From assembly GCA_963755915.1 (NCBI GenBank), contig CAVWLP010000002.1, positions 3,328,001 to 3,392,000 of the forward strand: 64,000 nucleotides of DNA, read 5' to 3'. The notes below the pieces were generated by a model that worked only from the letters and a program-made list of their open reading frames with translations, was not told the origin of the DNA and made no database searches. This document shows, one piece after another, positions 1 through 8,648 of this stretch. Position numbers and translations under genes: made by a program. Source of the DNA: an uncultured Phycisphaerales bacterium (lineage in GTDB: Bacteria; Planctomycetota; Phycisphaerae; Tepidisphaerales; Tepidisphaeraceae). Position 1 is the stretch's first letter. Each line of letters begins with the position of its first letter.

Positions 1-582
1 CGGATCGTCAACCGTGATGGCCACGTGGAGGTGGCCAAGGCGTATTACTCGGCGCCGCCGGAGTTCCTCGGCCGGACCATCTGGGCGCGCTGGGACGGGC
101 ACGTCGTCCGGCTCTTTGATTCTCAGCTTCGGCAGGTTGCCATCCACGTTCAGCACGAGCCGGGACGCTTCGCCACCGATGATCGTCACATCGTTCCCGA
201 GAAGCGCGGCGGGATCGAACGCGGCGCGGCCTGGTGGATGAACAAGGCCAGCGCCATCGGTCCCCACGCCGGCCAATGGGCTGAAAATGTCCTGAATTGC
301 CGGGGGATTCACGCCTTGCGCGTGGTGATGGGGCTGGTCAGTCTCACGCATCGCCATCCCGCCAAAATGATCGAACAGGCCTGTCAGGTGGCTCAAGGGC
401 ACGGCACCCATCGGCTGCGCGACATCCGCAATCTGCTGAAACGATCGGAATCCGCCGCGCAACAGCAACAGTTCGAGTTCGTCGCCGAGCATCCCCTGAT
501 CCGGTCGCTTTCGGATTACTCCCAACTGGTCCATGACGCTTTCGATAACACCCCCGTGGAGGCAAAGCCTCCACTTTTTTGA
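1..582 (+). CDS. istA: IS21 transposase IstA, C-terminal part (5'-truncated by window)
   Basis: Frame open from base 1: RIVNRDGHVEVAKAYYSAP..., the IstA C-terminal signature; directly upstream of istB. Confidence 0.9.
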   Translation, partial: RIVNRDGHVEVAKAYYSAPPEFLGRTIWARWDGHVVRLFDSQLRQVAIHVQHEPGRFATDDRHIVPEKRGGIERGAAWWMNKASAIGPHAGQWAENVLNCRGIHALRVVMGLVSLTHRHPAKMIEQACQVAQGHGTHRLRDIRNLLKRSESAAQQQQFEFVAEHPLIRSLSDYSQLVHDAFDNTPVEAKPPLF

Positions 583-592
583 AAGGAGATTT

Positions 593-1504
593 ATGAACGA
601 ATCGTTACGAACCGCCCTGACCCGCCTTCGGCTTTCGGGCTTGGCCTCCACCTTGGACGTGCGCTTGCAGGAAGCCGCCGGCCATCAGCTTTCCCACGGC
701 GAGTTTTTGGAACTGGTGCTTCAGGATGAATTGCTCATTCGCAATGAACGCCTGATCGCCCGGCGCGTCAAGATCGCGGGCTTTCGGGAACTCAAGACCC
801 TCGACGAGTTCGACTTTTCCTTCAACTCGTCGGTCAAACGCAAGCAGATCTTCGAGCTGGCAACCGGCCGGTTCATCCGCGAGGCGCGGGATGTCTTGCT
901 GATCGGGCCGCCGGGTCTGGGAAAAAGTCACATCGCCCAGGCACTGGGATACCAAGCCATCAAGAACGGATCGGTCGTGCTTTACCGCTCGATCTTCGAC
1001 GTGGTGCGCGACTTCCTGCACGATGAGGCCCTCAACCAGCAGGACAAAATCATGGAGCGGTATCTCCGGCCCGATCTGCTCATCATCGACGATATGGGCA
1101 TGAAGCAATTGCCCAAACGCTCCGGCGAATATCTCTTCGAGATCATCATGCGGCGTTACCAGGTTCGCTCCACCATGATGACCAGCAACCGGCCGCTCGA
1201 AGACTGGGGCAAATTGATCGGCGACGTACCGGCCGCCACGGCAATCCTCGATCGCTTCCTGCACAACGCCGAGGTGATCGCGATCACCGGCAGAAGCTAT
1301 CGGTTGCGAGACCGTGCCGCGGAGGCGAAGCCTACCGCTGAAAGCATCGAATCCACCAAACCGCGAGGACGCCGGAGTACCGGCGGCGATGAAGGGCTTT
1401 CCCCTCCGGAAGACACCGATGCCAGAAAGCCATTGTCTTCTGGCGTGGGGGTTCAGCCTGCCGAAGCGGCCTCGCCGGTAGTCAACAACTCGGCGTCAAT
1501 TTGA
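593..1504 (+). CDS. istB: IS21 helper AAA+ ATPase IstB
   Basis: Walker A GPPGLGKSH, Walker B LLIIDDMG, TSNRPLEDWG, AILDRFLH, GRSYRL; AAGGAG RBS before ATG 593; ~60 aa low-complexity tail. Confidence 0.95.
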   Translation: MNESLRTALTRLRLSGLASTLDVRLQEAAGHQLSHGEFLELVLQDELLIRNERLIARRVKIAGFRELKTLDEFDFSFNSSVKRKQIFELATGRFIREARDVLLIGPPGLGKSHIAQALGYQAIKNGSVVLYRSIFDVVRDFLHDEALNQQDKIMERYLRPDLLIIDDMGMKQLPKRSGEYLFEIIMRRYQVRSTMMTSNRPLEDWGKLIGDVPAATAILDRFLHNAEVIAITGRSYRLRDRAAEAKPTAESIESTKPRGRRSTGGDEGLSPPEDTDARKPLSSGVGVQPAEAASPVVNNSASI

Positions 1505-1680
1505 AATGGGACGGTCGATTGCGATATATCGGACGTGGTGGCATTTGATCCGATGATCGGTGGTGGCATTTGAAGTGATGACTGACACCAGCAGCCACCG
1601 CCAATCCGGCGAAAACGCCCTAAAAGGTTGCACGAACCACCCCAATAACGCCTACAACGGTAGAAACCTGTTCGGGGGTG

Positions 1681-1850
1681 AAACTAGCAAAATACTGAAA
1701 AACTGAACACATTTTTCGCGCTTTGCCACGCCTCCACCGGCGCAACACCCACAATTAATTACCCTGCAAGTAAATACATCACATCAAAAAGCTAACATAT
1801 ACTAACCAAAATCTAAAAAGTGTTCAGTTTTGTTCAGTTCTGTTCAGTGG
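1681..1850. repeat. Non-coding element with inverted decamer-repeat arms (copy 1)
   Basis: TGTTCAGTTT TGTTCAGTTC TGTTCAGT at 1821-1848; inverted AAAACTGAACAC at 1699-1710; homologous to the element at 41017-42712. Confidence 0.7.
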
Positions 1851-1862
1851 GGCTTCCGCCCT

Positions 1863-2258
1863 CTATTTCTCTTCCCAAGCGACTCGTTTCGCATCCCCCC
1901 AGAGGTTTTCCAGGTCGTAATACATCTGCGCATCGTGGTTAAATACATGCACCACCACATCCACATAATCCACAGCAATCCAGGTCTCCCCCTCGTATCC
2001 CGAGCGATGAAAGCTCGGGAATCCCATCTTCTCAGCCAGCTCGTCGATCTCATCACAGACGCTGCGCATTTGCCGGGCGCTGGTGCCGGTGGCGATGACG
2101 TAAAAATCCGTGAGGGGAGAGACCCCGGCCATGTCGAGAACGACCACGCCATGGCAGCGCGTGTTCTTCGCCAGCCGGGCGGCTTCTATGGCGAACTTTC
2201 GGGATGCTTCGAGGCGCTGGGCCTCGGTTTGCGGCTTGGTTGCCGCGGCCTCCGCTAC
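1863..2258 (-). CDS. rsfS: Ribosome silencing factor RsfS (Iojap)
   Basis: TDFYVIATGTSARQM, WIAVDYVDVVVHVF, YYDLENLWGDA; the homologous frame extends upstream of GTG 2147 to a GTA codon at 2258 behind a GGAAGGG RBS. Confidence 0.9.
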   Translation of the reverse strand, partial: VAEAAATKPQTEAQRLEASRKFAIEAARLAKNTRCHGVVVLDMAGVSPLTDFYVIATGTSARQMRSVCDEIDELAEKMGFPSFHRSGYEGETWIAVDYVDVVVHVFNHDAQMYYDLENLWGDAKRVAWEEK

Positions 2259-2269
2259 TGTTTCCCTTC

Positions 2270-3163
2270 CTATGACACACCAACCTTTCTCAAATGTATT
2301 TCTATCACTTCCGCCGGACAGAACAAGCGGATTGGAATCGACGAAAACCCCAGTCCCCGGTTAACGATGAGCCATGATCCGCCCCAGCGATTGATGCCGC
2401 CGATGAACTGTGCCGGGAGGGAATCGTGGCGGATGATGGGACGCCGGCCGGGGAGACAGACCTGTCCGCCGTGCGTGTGGCCGGCCAGATAAAGGTCGGC
2501 ATTGAGGAACTGCGTTTTGCGGATCAGGTCGGGGAAATGCGAAAGCAGGATTCGCAGCGTCTGCGGTTTTTTGGGGCCGAGCGAATGGAGAAAGACCGGG
2601 TCGAGATCGGTGCGTTCGACGCCGGCGATGCCGATGAGTTCAATCGTCGCGGAGCCGGAATGTATGGCGAGGCATTTGTGTTCAACGAGCGTGAGATTCA
2701 GGCTTGCGAGTGGGGGGCCGAGGAGATCGCCGTCGTGGTTGCCGAGGATGGTGACGAAACCGAGGCGGGCTTCCAGGGAATTCACCAGCCGGCGGGCGAT
2801 GGGGAGCTGGAGACGCGAGTCGTGCTTGTCGTCGACGAAATCGCCGGTGTGGACGATGAGGTCGGGGGGGTTGGATTTTACGCGGGAGATGAGGTCGTCA
2901 TACGCATCGTCCCAAGTTCGGCGGGCGTGGATGTCGGTGATGTGGAGGATTCGGAAGCCTTCGAGATCGTCGGGGAGATTGGGGACGGGGAGCTGGACAT
3001 CCGTCCATTCGAAGCCCTTGGCGGTGAAGAGCTGGAGATTTGGGCCGACATGGTCGGGGCGGATGATTGCTTTCAGGCCCTCACCCCGTCCCTCTCCCGG
3101 AGTACCGGGCGAGGGGGTAGGTCGGGGGGAAGGGGAGGGGGGTTCGACGGTCGTGGTTCTCAA
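2270..3163 (-). CDS. Calcineurin-like metallophosphoesterase (YkuE/YaeI-like); start uncertain
   Basis: HITDIH, TGDFVD, ILGNHD, LSHFPD, AGHTHGGQ motifs; the N-terminal PSPGTPGEGRGEG is encoded by a REP-like repeat. Confidence 0.9.
   Translation of the reverse strand: MRTTTVEPPSPSPRPTPSPGTPGEGRGEGLKAIIRPDHVGPNLQLFTAKGFEWTDVQLPVPNLPDDLEGFRILHITDIHARRTWDDAYDDLISRVKSNPPDLIVHTGDFVDDKHDSRLQLPIARRLVNSLEARLGFVTILGNHDGDLLGPPLASLNLTLVEHKCLAIHSGSATIELIGIAGVERTDLDPVFLHSLGPKKPQTLRILLSHFPDLIRKTQFLNADLYLAGHTHGGQVCLPGRRPIIRHDSLPAQFIGGINRWGGSWLIVNRGLGFSSIPIRLFCPAEVIEIHLRKVGVS
3076..3117 (+). repeat. REP-like repeat family A (CCCTCACCCnnnCCCTCTCCCGGAGTACCGGGMGAGGGG)
   Basis: Near-identical copies at 12620-12661, 33392-33433 (rev), 53233-53302 (rev, interrupted) and 55045-55160 (inverted pair). 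Confidence 0.85.
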
Positions 3164-3311
3164 ATCGGCTTCACCTTGCGATTTGCGGGTTGGATGCGAT
3201 AAAATGATGCCTCGAATATAAGTACGCGCTCCCCTACAAGAGTGTCACGCTCCGCTGGGGGGGTCGCGGCTAAACGACAGATACCCTCCCATTGGTAGCC
3301 GGTCGGTTAAG

Positions 3312-3767
3312 ATGAATCAACCGCAATTTTCAAAAGCGCTGGTTTACGGGCTATATATAAATGCCGCGTTATTGGTGGCGATTTTTGCCGCTCTGCTCAC
3401 CCGCGGCCGGTTGGGCAGCGAGCTGGCGTTGGGACAGGCGGCTGGGGACGCTCCGCCGATCGCGGGAGGGGGCGGCATATACGTTATGCCTTGCCAGCTT
3501 CATCCGGAGATTTGGGGATGCTATCTGCTGGATACGCAGCGGCAAACGCTGTGCGTGTATGAATATAGGGCTGGGGAAAAGGCGCTGGTTTTGTCGGCGG
3601 CGCGGAATTTCGGTTATGATTTGGACCTAAAGAACTATAATACGTTTCCGGCCTGGTATGATATCCAGAAGGCGGTGCAGGACGCGGTCGCGGGCCAGAA
3701 TCAGCAGAAGAATGAATCGCAGCTTCCCCCACTGGCCCCGAGTGGGCCGGGTGATAACAATCCATAG
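3312..3767 (+). CDS. Hypothetical membrane-anchored protein
   Basis: N-terminal TM helix (GLYINAALLVAIFAALL), beta-rich domain (YVMPCQL..WGCYLLDTQRQTLCVYEY); co-oriented with the next two genes. Confidence 0.75.
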   Translation: MNQPQFSKALVYGLYINAALLVAIFAALLTRGRLGSELALGQAAGDAPPIAGGGGIYVMPCQLHPEIWGCYLLDTQRQTLCVYEYRAGEKALVLSAARNFGYDLDLKNYNTFPAWYDIQKAVQDAVAGQNQQKNESQLPPLAPSGPGDNNP

Positions 3768-3808
3768 AGGTTTGCCGCCTGACGAGTTCGTCTAGAGGAG
3801 TTTTGGTT

Positions 3809-4927
3809 ATGGCAAAGATGTTTTACACGCTTGACGAGGCCAAGACGGTGCTCGGCAAGAACGAAGAGGAAATCAAGCAATACACGCGCGAGGGGCGACT
3901 TCGGGAATTCCGGGATGGGCCGCGGTTTATGTACAAGGCCGACCAGGTGGAAGCGCTTAAGGCGGAGTTGGCTGGAGGAGATCCGGTTGATCTCGGGGCT
4001 TCCGACAGCGGGGCGGCAATTGGATTGGCGGACAGCAGGGGGATTGGGAGCGGGATCAGCAGCGGACTGGGAAGCGCAATGGGGAGCGGCATCGGCAGCG
4101 GCGCGACGAGCCCGGGGAGTGGAATCCCCAGTGGAATCGGCAGCGGCGTGGGAAGCGGATTGGGAAGCGGCTTGAGCGGAACGGGATCGGGGCTGAGCCT
4201 TGTTGACACCGAAAGCGGGCGAGCCGGATCGTCAGCGGGGGGGATGTCCTTGAAAGAAGATACCGCTCTGGCGGCGGATCTGGGGCTGTCGGGATCGGTG
4301 GGGGGCGTGCCTTCGCCGGCGGCTCGGTCTGGAGGAAGCGGGACGGGTCTTTCGGGGTCGCAGGGGAGCCGTCCGGGCGTGGATGTGTTTCAGAATGATG
4401 AAGTCGAGCGCGTGGACCCATCGGCCCAGACGGCGATTGCGCCGGGGATCGCCGATGTTCCATCGGAAGGCGTGGGGTCGGGATCGGGCCTGCTGGACCT
4501 GACGCGCGAGAGCGATGACACGTCGCTTGGTGCGGAGCTTCTGGATGAAATTGCGCCTGGAGGAACGGCGGCCGGACGGCGGATGCCGGGCGAGACAGGT
4601 GTTGCATCTGCGGCGGGAACGGCGGCGGGGAAAGTGGTTGAAATTCGAGGGACACTGGGCGGTGCGCAGGCGGCCCGGGTGACCACAGTTGCGGTGGAAG
4701 AGGAGCCGGACCCGATGTCGCCCGCGTTTGGGGCGGCAGCGCTGGGGGCGGCGCTGGTGGCACTGTTTGGAGCTTATGCGCTGATTTCAGGAGTCCTCGA
4801 AACCAACGCCGACATCCTGCAGAACGCGGGGAAATATGGGTTCATTGGCGTGGCTGCGGGGGGTTTGGCGGTGACGCTGGTTTTCTTTGTCGTGGGACTG
4901 ATCATCGGGAAGACGACGACGAGGTAA
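3809..4927 (+). CDS. HTH_17/MerR-like N-terminal domain, Gly/Ser-rich linker, two C-terminal TM helices
   Basis: MAKMFYTLDEAKTVLG..EIKQYTREGRLREFRDG (excisionase-like HTH); long GS linker; hydrophobic C-terminal helices; GAGGAG RBS. Confidence 0.8.
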   Translation: MAKMFYTLDEAKTVLGKNEEEIKQYTREGRLREFRDGPRFMYKADQVEALKAELAGGDPVDLGASDSGAAIGLADSRGIGSGISSGLGSAMGSGIGSGATSPGSGIPSGIGSGVGSGLGSGLSGTGSGLSLVDTESGRAGSSAGGMSLKEDTALAADLGLSGSVGGVPSPAARSGGSGTGLSGSQGSRPGVDVFQNDEVERVDPSAQTAIAPGIADVPSEGVGSGSGLLDLTRESDDTSLGAELLDEIAPGGTAAGRRMPGETGVASAAGTAAGKVVEIRGTLGGAQAARVTTVAVEEEPDPMSPAFGAAALGAALVALFGAYALISGVLETNADILQNAGKYGFIGVAAGGLAVTLVFFVVGLIIGKTTTR

Positions 4928-5094
4928 GGCGCAGAATTTTCATTGCCAGCGCAAAATTCGCATGAATTGTCTGCGCAGCCTCTTGCAAAACTTTAATTTT
5001 TTGGCAGAATCCGTCGCCAACGGGCGTATTTCAGCGGAAAAAGAGAGATTTTCCCGGGCACGCTCAAAAAATTAAATCGCATGGAGGCTCACTC

Positions 5095-6006
5095 ATGGCA
5101 AGGACGCTCAAGTGGCTCGGATTAGCCGCACTCGCCTTTTCACTCACCGGTTGCGTATCCGCAGAACAATACAACGGAATGAAGCTCAGCCGCGATCAGG
5201 CGCTGCAGCAGGCTGACCAGGCTGAGGCCGACGCGCGAAGTGCGCGGTCGCAGGCGGACGCTTATAAGGCGCAGCTCGATTCGATTGCGAATTCCGGCAA
5301 CACACAGCAGGCGATGCTGGCGAATTATTCGCAGCAGGTCGCGGGTTTGCAGGCGCAGAACGCGGCCATTACCCAGAAATATGAGGATTTGCTGAATCGT
5401 CCGCCGCAGGTGGTGGAGATGGGCGAGCGTGCGTTGCCGCCGGATTTGAGCAATGCGCTGACCGAGTTTGCCAATGAGAATCCGGACATCGTGACGTTTG
5501 ACGCCGCGCGGGGCGTGGTCAAATTCAAGAGCGATGTGACGTTTGCATCGGGCAGCACGGACCTGAATGAGCGGGCGGTTGGGACGCTGCAGAGGTTTTC
5601 GGAGATTTTGAATTCGCCGCAGGCGGTTGGATATGAGCTGATGGTGGCAGGGCATACGGATAATCAGCGCGTGACCCGGCAGACGACGATCGACGCGGGG
5701 AATTTTGACAATTGGTATCTGTCAGCGCATCGGGCGATTTCGGTGGCGGCGGAGCTGGTGAAGAACGGGGTGAATCGCGGACGCCTGGGCGTGGCGGGAT
5801 ACGCAGATCAGCAGCCGATCGCGTCGAATTCGTCGGCGGCGGGGCGAGCCGAGAACCGACGCGTTGAGATCGTCATTCTGCCGACGCATGCTCGGGGAGG
5901 GACGATGACCAGTGAGGCGCCGGCCTCGGATCGCGTGAGCGCGCGGCCGCTGGATAAGGATTCGGTGACAGCGTCCACCGATCAGCGGGCGATTTTGTCA
6001 AAGTAG
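5095..6006 (+). CDS. OmpA/MotB-family peptidoglycan-binding lipoprotein with coiled coil
   Basis: Lipobox LTGC; coiled coil; DVTFASGS, VAGHTDN, NWYLSAHRA, ENRRVEIVI. Confidence 0.9.
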   Translation: MARTLKWLGLAALAFSLTGCVSAEQYNGMKLSRDQALQQADQAEADARSARSQADAYKAQLDSIANSGNTQQAMLANYSQQVAGLQAQNAAITQKYEDLLNRPPQVVEMGERALPPDLSNALTEFANENPDIVTFDAARGVVKFKSDVTFASGSTDLNERAVGTLQRFSEILNSPQAVGYELMVAGHTDNQRVTRQTTIDAGNFDNWYLSAHRAISVAAELVKNGVNRGRLGVAGYADQQPIASNSSAAGRAENRRVEIVILPTHARGGTMTSEAPASDRVSARPLDKDSVTASTDQRAILSK

Positions 6007-6051
6007 TTATTGCGAGCAATTAGACCCACGGCCTGCATTTTCTCTCTCCGC

Positions 6052-6090
6052 ATCGCCTCGTCGCATCGCAACGGCGGGGCGATTTTATTT
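6052..6090 (+). terminator. Probable intrinsic terminator
   Basis: ATCGCCTCGTCG / CGGCGGGGCGAT stem (with GU pairs) followed by TTTATTT. Confidence 0.6.
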
Positions 6091-6117
6091 GGGTGGCGAA
6101 TGAAATTCCGGGGGGAA

Positions 6118-6139
6118 CGGGCCGGGGACGGCCCGGCTC
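6118..6139. repeat. REP-like repeat family B (CGGGCCGGGGACGGCCCGGCTC)
   Basis: Identical 22-mers at 6118, 49212 and 57425; 7-bp stem around GGGA. Confidence 0.85.
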
Positions 6140-6180
6140 TTCAGAGAAGTGAGCGCTGTCTGTTTTTGTGTGGTAGTCGG

Positions 6181-6218
6181 CAAATGTTGCTTGCGTTCGT
6201 CCGATAACCCTTTATACT
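6181..6218 (+). promoter_or_regulatory. Candidate sigma28 (FliA) promoter CAAA-N15-TCCGATAA, overlapping a possible sigma70 TTGCGT-N16-TATACT
   Basis: Close match to TAAA-N15-GCCGATAA, about 55 bp upstream of the TPR gene. Confidence 0.55.
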
Positions 6219-6262
6219 GCGGTTGTCGGTCAGGATGACCGTCGGAATTGACAAAGGCAGGG

Positions 6263-8633
6263 ATGCCCATGTCCAACTCTCTGTCCCACTCCCGCGCAGC
6301 CGCTCTGCCAGCCAGCGATTTTCACAGCTTTGGCAGCTTCCGCTTTTTGTTCTGTCGATCGGGCTGTTCATTTACGCGGGGTATCTGTTCATCAGTCCTG
6401 GGCCGGGGGCGACCATCGATCAGAAGATCCAGGTGGCGCGGGATTATCTGAAAGACAATCGTCCCAACGCGGCGCTTCAGCAGCTTTCGCGGATTTTGGA
6501 TTCGGAGAAACCGGAGCCCCTAAAGGAGGGGGAGATTCATTACCTCATCGCGCAGGCGCTGGAGGCCGGGCAGACGCTGGAGAAGATCCAGGTTCCGGCG
6601 AACTACCAGCGGATCATCGAGCAGACGGAAATCGCGGTGGAGATGGGGGTGAAGCCGGACGCGGACATGCACCGGCGGCTGGGGGACAGCTATGCGGCGC
6701 TGGGCCACGACGACGAGGCGGCGGACAACTATCGGCAGGCGATCGCGATGGATCCGCATCAATCGCTGGCGCTGCGGCGGAAATTGATCGAGCTGGAATT
6801 GTCGAATGACGATCCGGCGAACGCGGATGCGTCGCTGGAGGATTATCTCAAGCAGCCAGGGCTTACGGATTCAGAGAGTGCGTGGGCGCTGGATCAGCGG
6901 GCGGGGATTCTGATTGATCGCAAACAGTTTGCCGATGCGCGCAAGCTACTGGGGGATGCGGCGCGGCTTGATGCTGATCCGGTGGATCAGGGAACGTTTA
7001 ACTATCAGCTTGGATATTGCTCTTATCGGGAGGGGTTGCCGGATGATGCGGAGCGATATCTGCGGCTGGCGCGCGATCAGCTTCGGGTGAGCCATCCGCT
7101 CGACGCGGACGCGGCGTATTACCTGGGGCGGATTTACGAGGAGCGTGGCGACGCCGCCAACGCGATTTCTTTTTACCAGGACATTCTGGACACGCATCCG
7201 GAATCGAAGCCTGCGCCGCTAGCGCTGCTGGGTCGGGGGCTTTGCCGGGTCATGTCGGGGCAAACGGACGGGGGATTGCAGGATTTCCATGACGTGGTGG
7301 CGCAGATCGACCGGCGGGCGTCGCGGACAAAGTATAAGCCTGAAGCGATCGGCACGTTTCGCGAAGCTGGGGAAGTGCTGACACAGGCGCAGGATTATCA
7401 ATCGGCGCTGGAGGTGATTCAGGACGAGCAGGACCTGCAAGCGACGCCGCCTCCGGGTTTTTACGCGCGCCTGGGGGAATTGTGCGAGCGGCGGGCGGAT
7501 CAGATTGAGGCGACGCTTCCGGATGCCGGTCCCGTGGAGAAGATTCACCGGACGCAGCAAGTTTCGGCGCTGCTGAATAAGGCGGGGGATGCCTACGTGG
7601 AATATTCGCACCAGCTTACGCTGCTGGATGATCATGGGTATTCCGATGCGCTGTGGAAGGGGGTTGATCTCTACGATCAGGCGGGGAATCTTCAAGCGGC
7701 GATTGCAGCGCTGGAGCTTTTCGTGGCCGAGCGTCCGAGCGATCGGATGGCGCCCGATGCGCTGCTTCGGCTGGGCCAGGCGTATCAGGCCGCGGGGATG
7801 TTCGACAAGGCGATTGGGGCGTTTCAGCGGCTTCAACTCGAATATTTCAAATCGCTGGCCGCGAGCAAGGCAGCGGTTCCGTTGGCGGAGGCGTATATCG
7901 CCAAGGGGCCGACGATGTATGGGCGGGCGGAGAATACTTTGTTGAGCGTCGTCGAAAATAATCCGCTGGTGGACCCGAACGCGGAGGAATTCAGGCAATC
8001 TTTGCGAGGGTTGGCACAGCTTTACTACCGCACGGGGCGCTATGAAGAGGCGATCGCCCGGCTTCAGGAATTGACGCAACGGTATCCCACCGACGAGCAG
8101 AAGGCGCAGATGGTTTTCCTGATGGCGGACAGCTACCGGAAAAGCGCCGGGCTGCTGGATGCGAAGCTTGCGTCGCGCAAACGTCGCCCGGGGCGGTGGC
8201 GGCGCAGGTTGCGGAAGCTGCGGCGGCGAAGCGCGACCGGCTTACCAAAGCGCGCAGTCTGTTCGACGATGTGATCGACATGTATCGGGCAAATGCTCCG
8301 ACAGACGACACGGACAAGCTTTACCAGAAGCTCTCGTATTTTTATCGCGCCGATTGCATGTACGACCTGGGGAATTACGAGGACGCGATCAAGCTCTACG
8401 ACTCGGCGGCGTTCAGCTATCAGGATGATCCTTCTAGCGTGGCGGCGTATGTGCAGATCGTGAACGCCTACTTTGCCCTGGGCAAACCCGAGGAGGCCAA
8501 GGCGGCCAACAACCGGGCCAAGTGGATGCTCCAGCATATGCCGCCCGAGGCGTTCACGGATGGTACGTTTTCGATGCCAAAGAAATATTGGGAACAGTGG
8601 CTCCAATGGACGAACGACAGCGGCATGTGGTGA
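6263..8633 (+). CDS. Membrane-anchored TPR protein in the flagellar operon (frameshifts near 6295 and 8185)
   Basis: N-terminal TM (LWQLPLFVLSIGLFIYAGYLF), many TPR repeats; ORFs 6223-8274 and 8196-8633 join. Confidence 0.8.
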
Positions 8634-8648
8634 AATCGCGAGAGACTT

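Larger units (their letters stand above)
1..1587 (+). mobile_element. IS21-family insertion sequence, right part (left end outside window)
   Basis: istA 3' part plus istB; right end has two GTGGTGGCATTTGA repeats (1535-1548, 1560-1573) and ends ...TGACA at 1587 (TGT... on the reverse strand), as typical of IS21 ends. Confidence 0.9.

Noticed and set aside
1821-1848. CRISPR array from the short tandem repeats
   Set aside because: Units are 7-10 bp with no spacers and no cas genes
4020-4200. GGCAGC/GGGAGC tandem DNA repeats
   Set aside because: Explained by the Gly/Ser linker coding sequence
5095-6006. motB
   Set aside because: Lipoprotein signal instead of the Asp-containing MotB TM helix, and no adjacent motA
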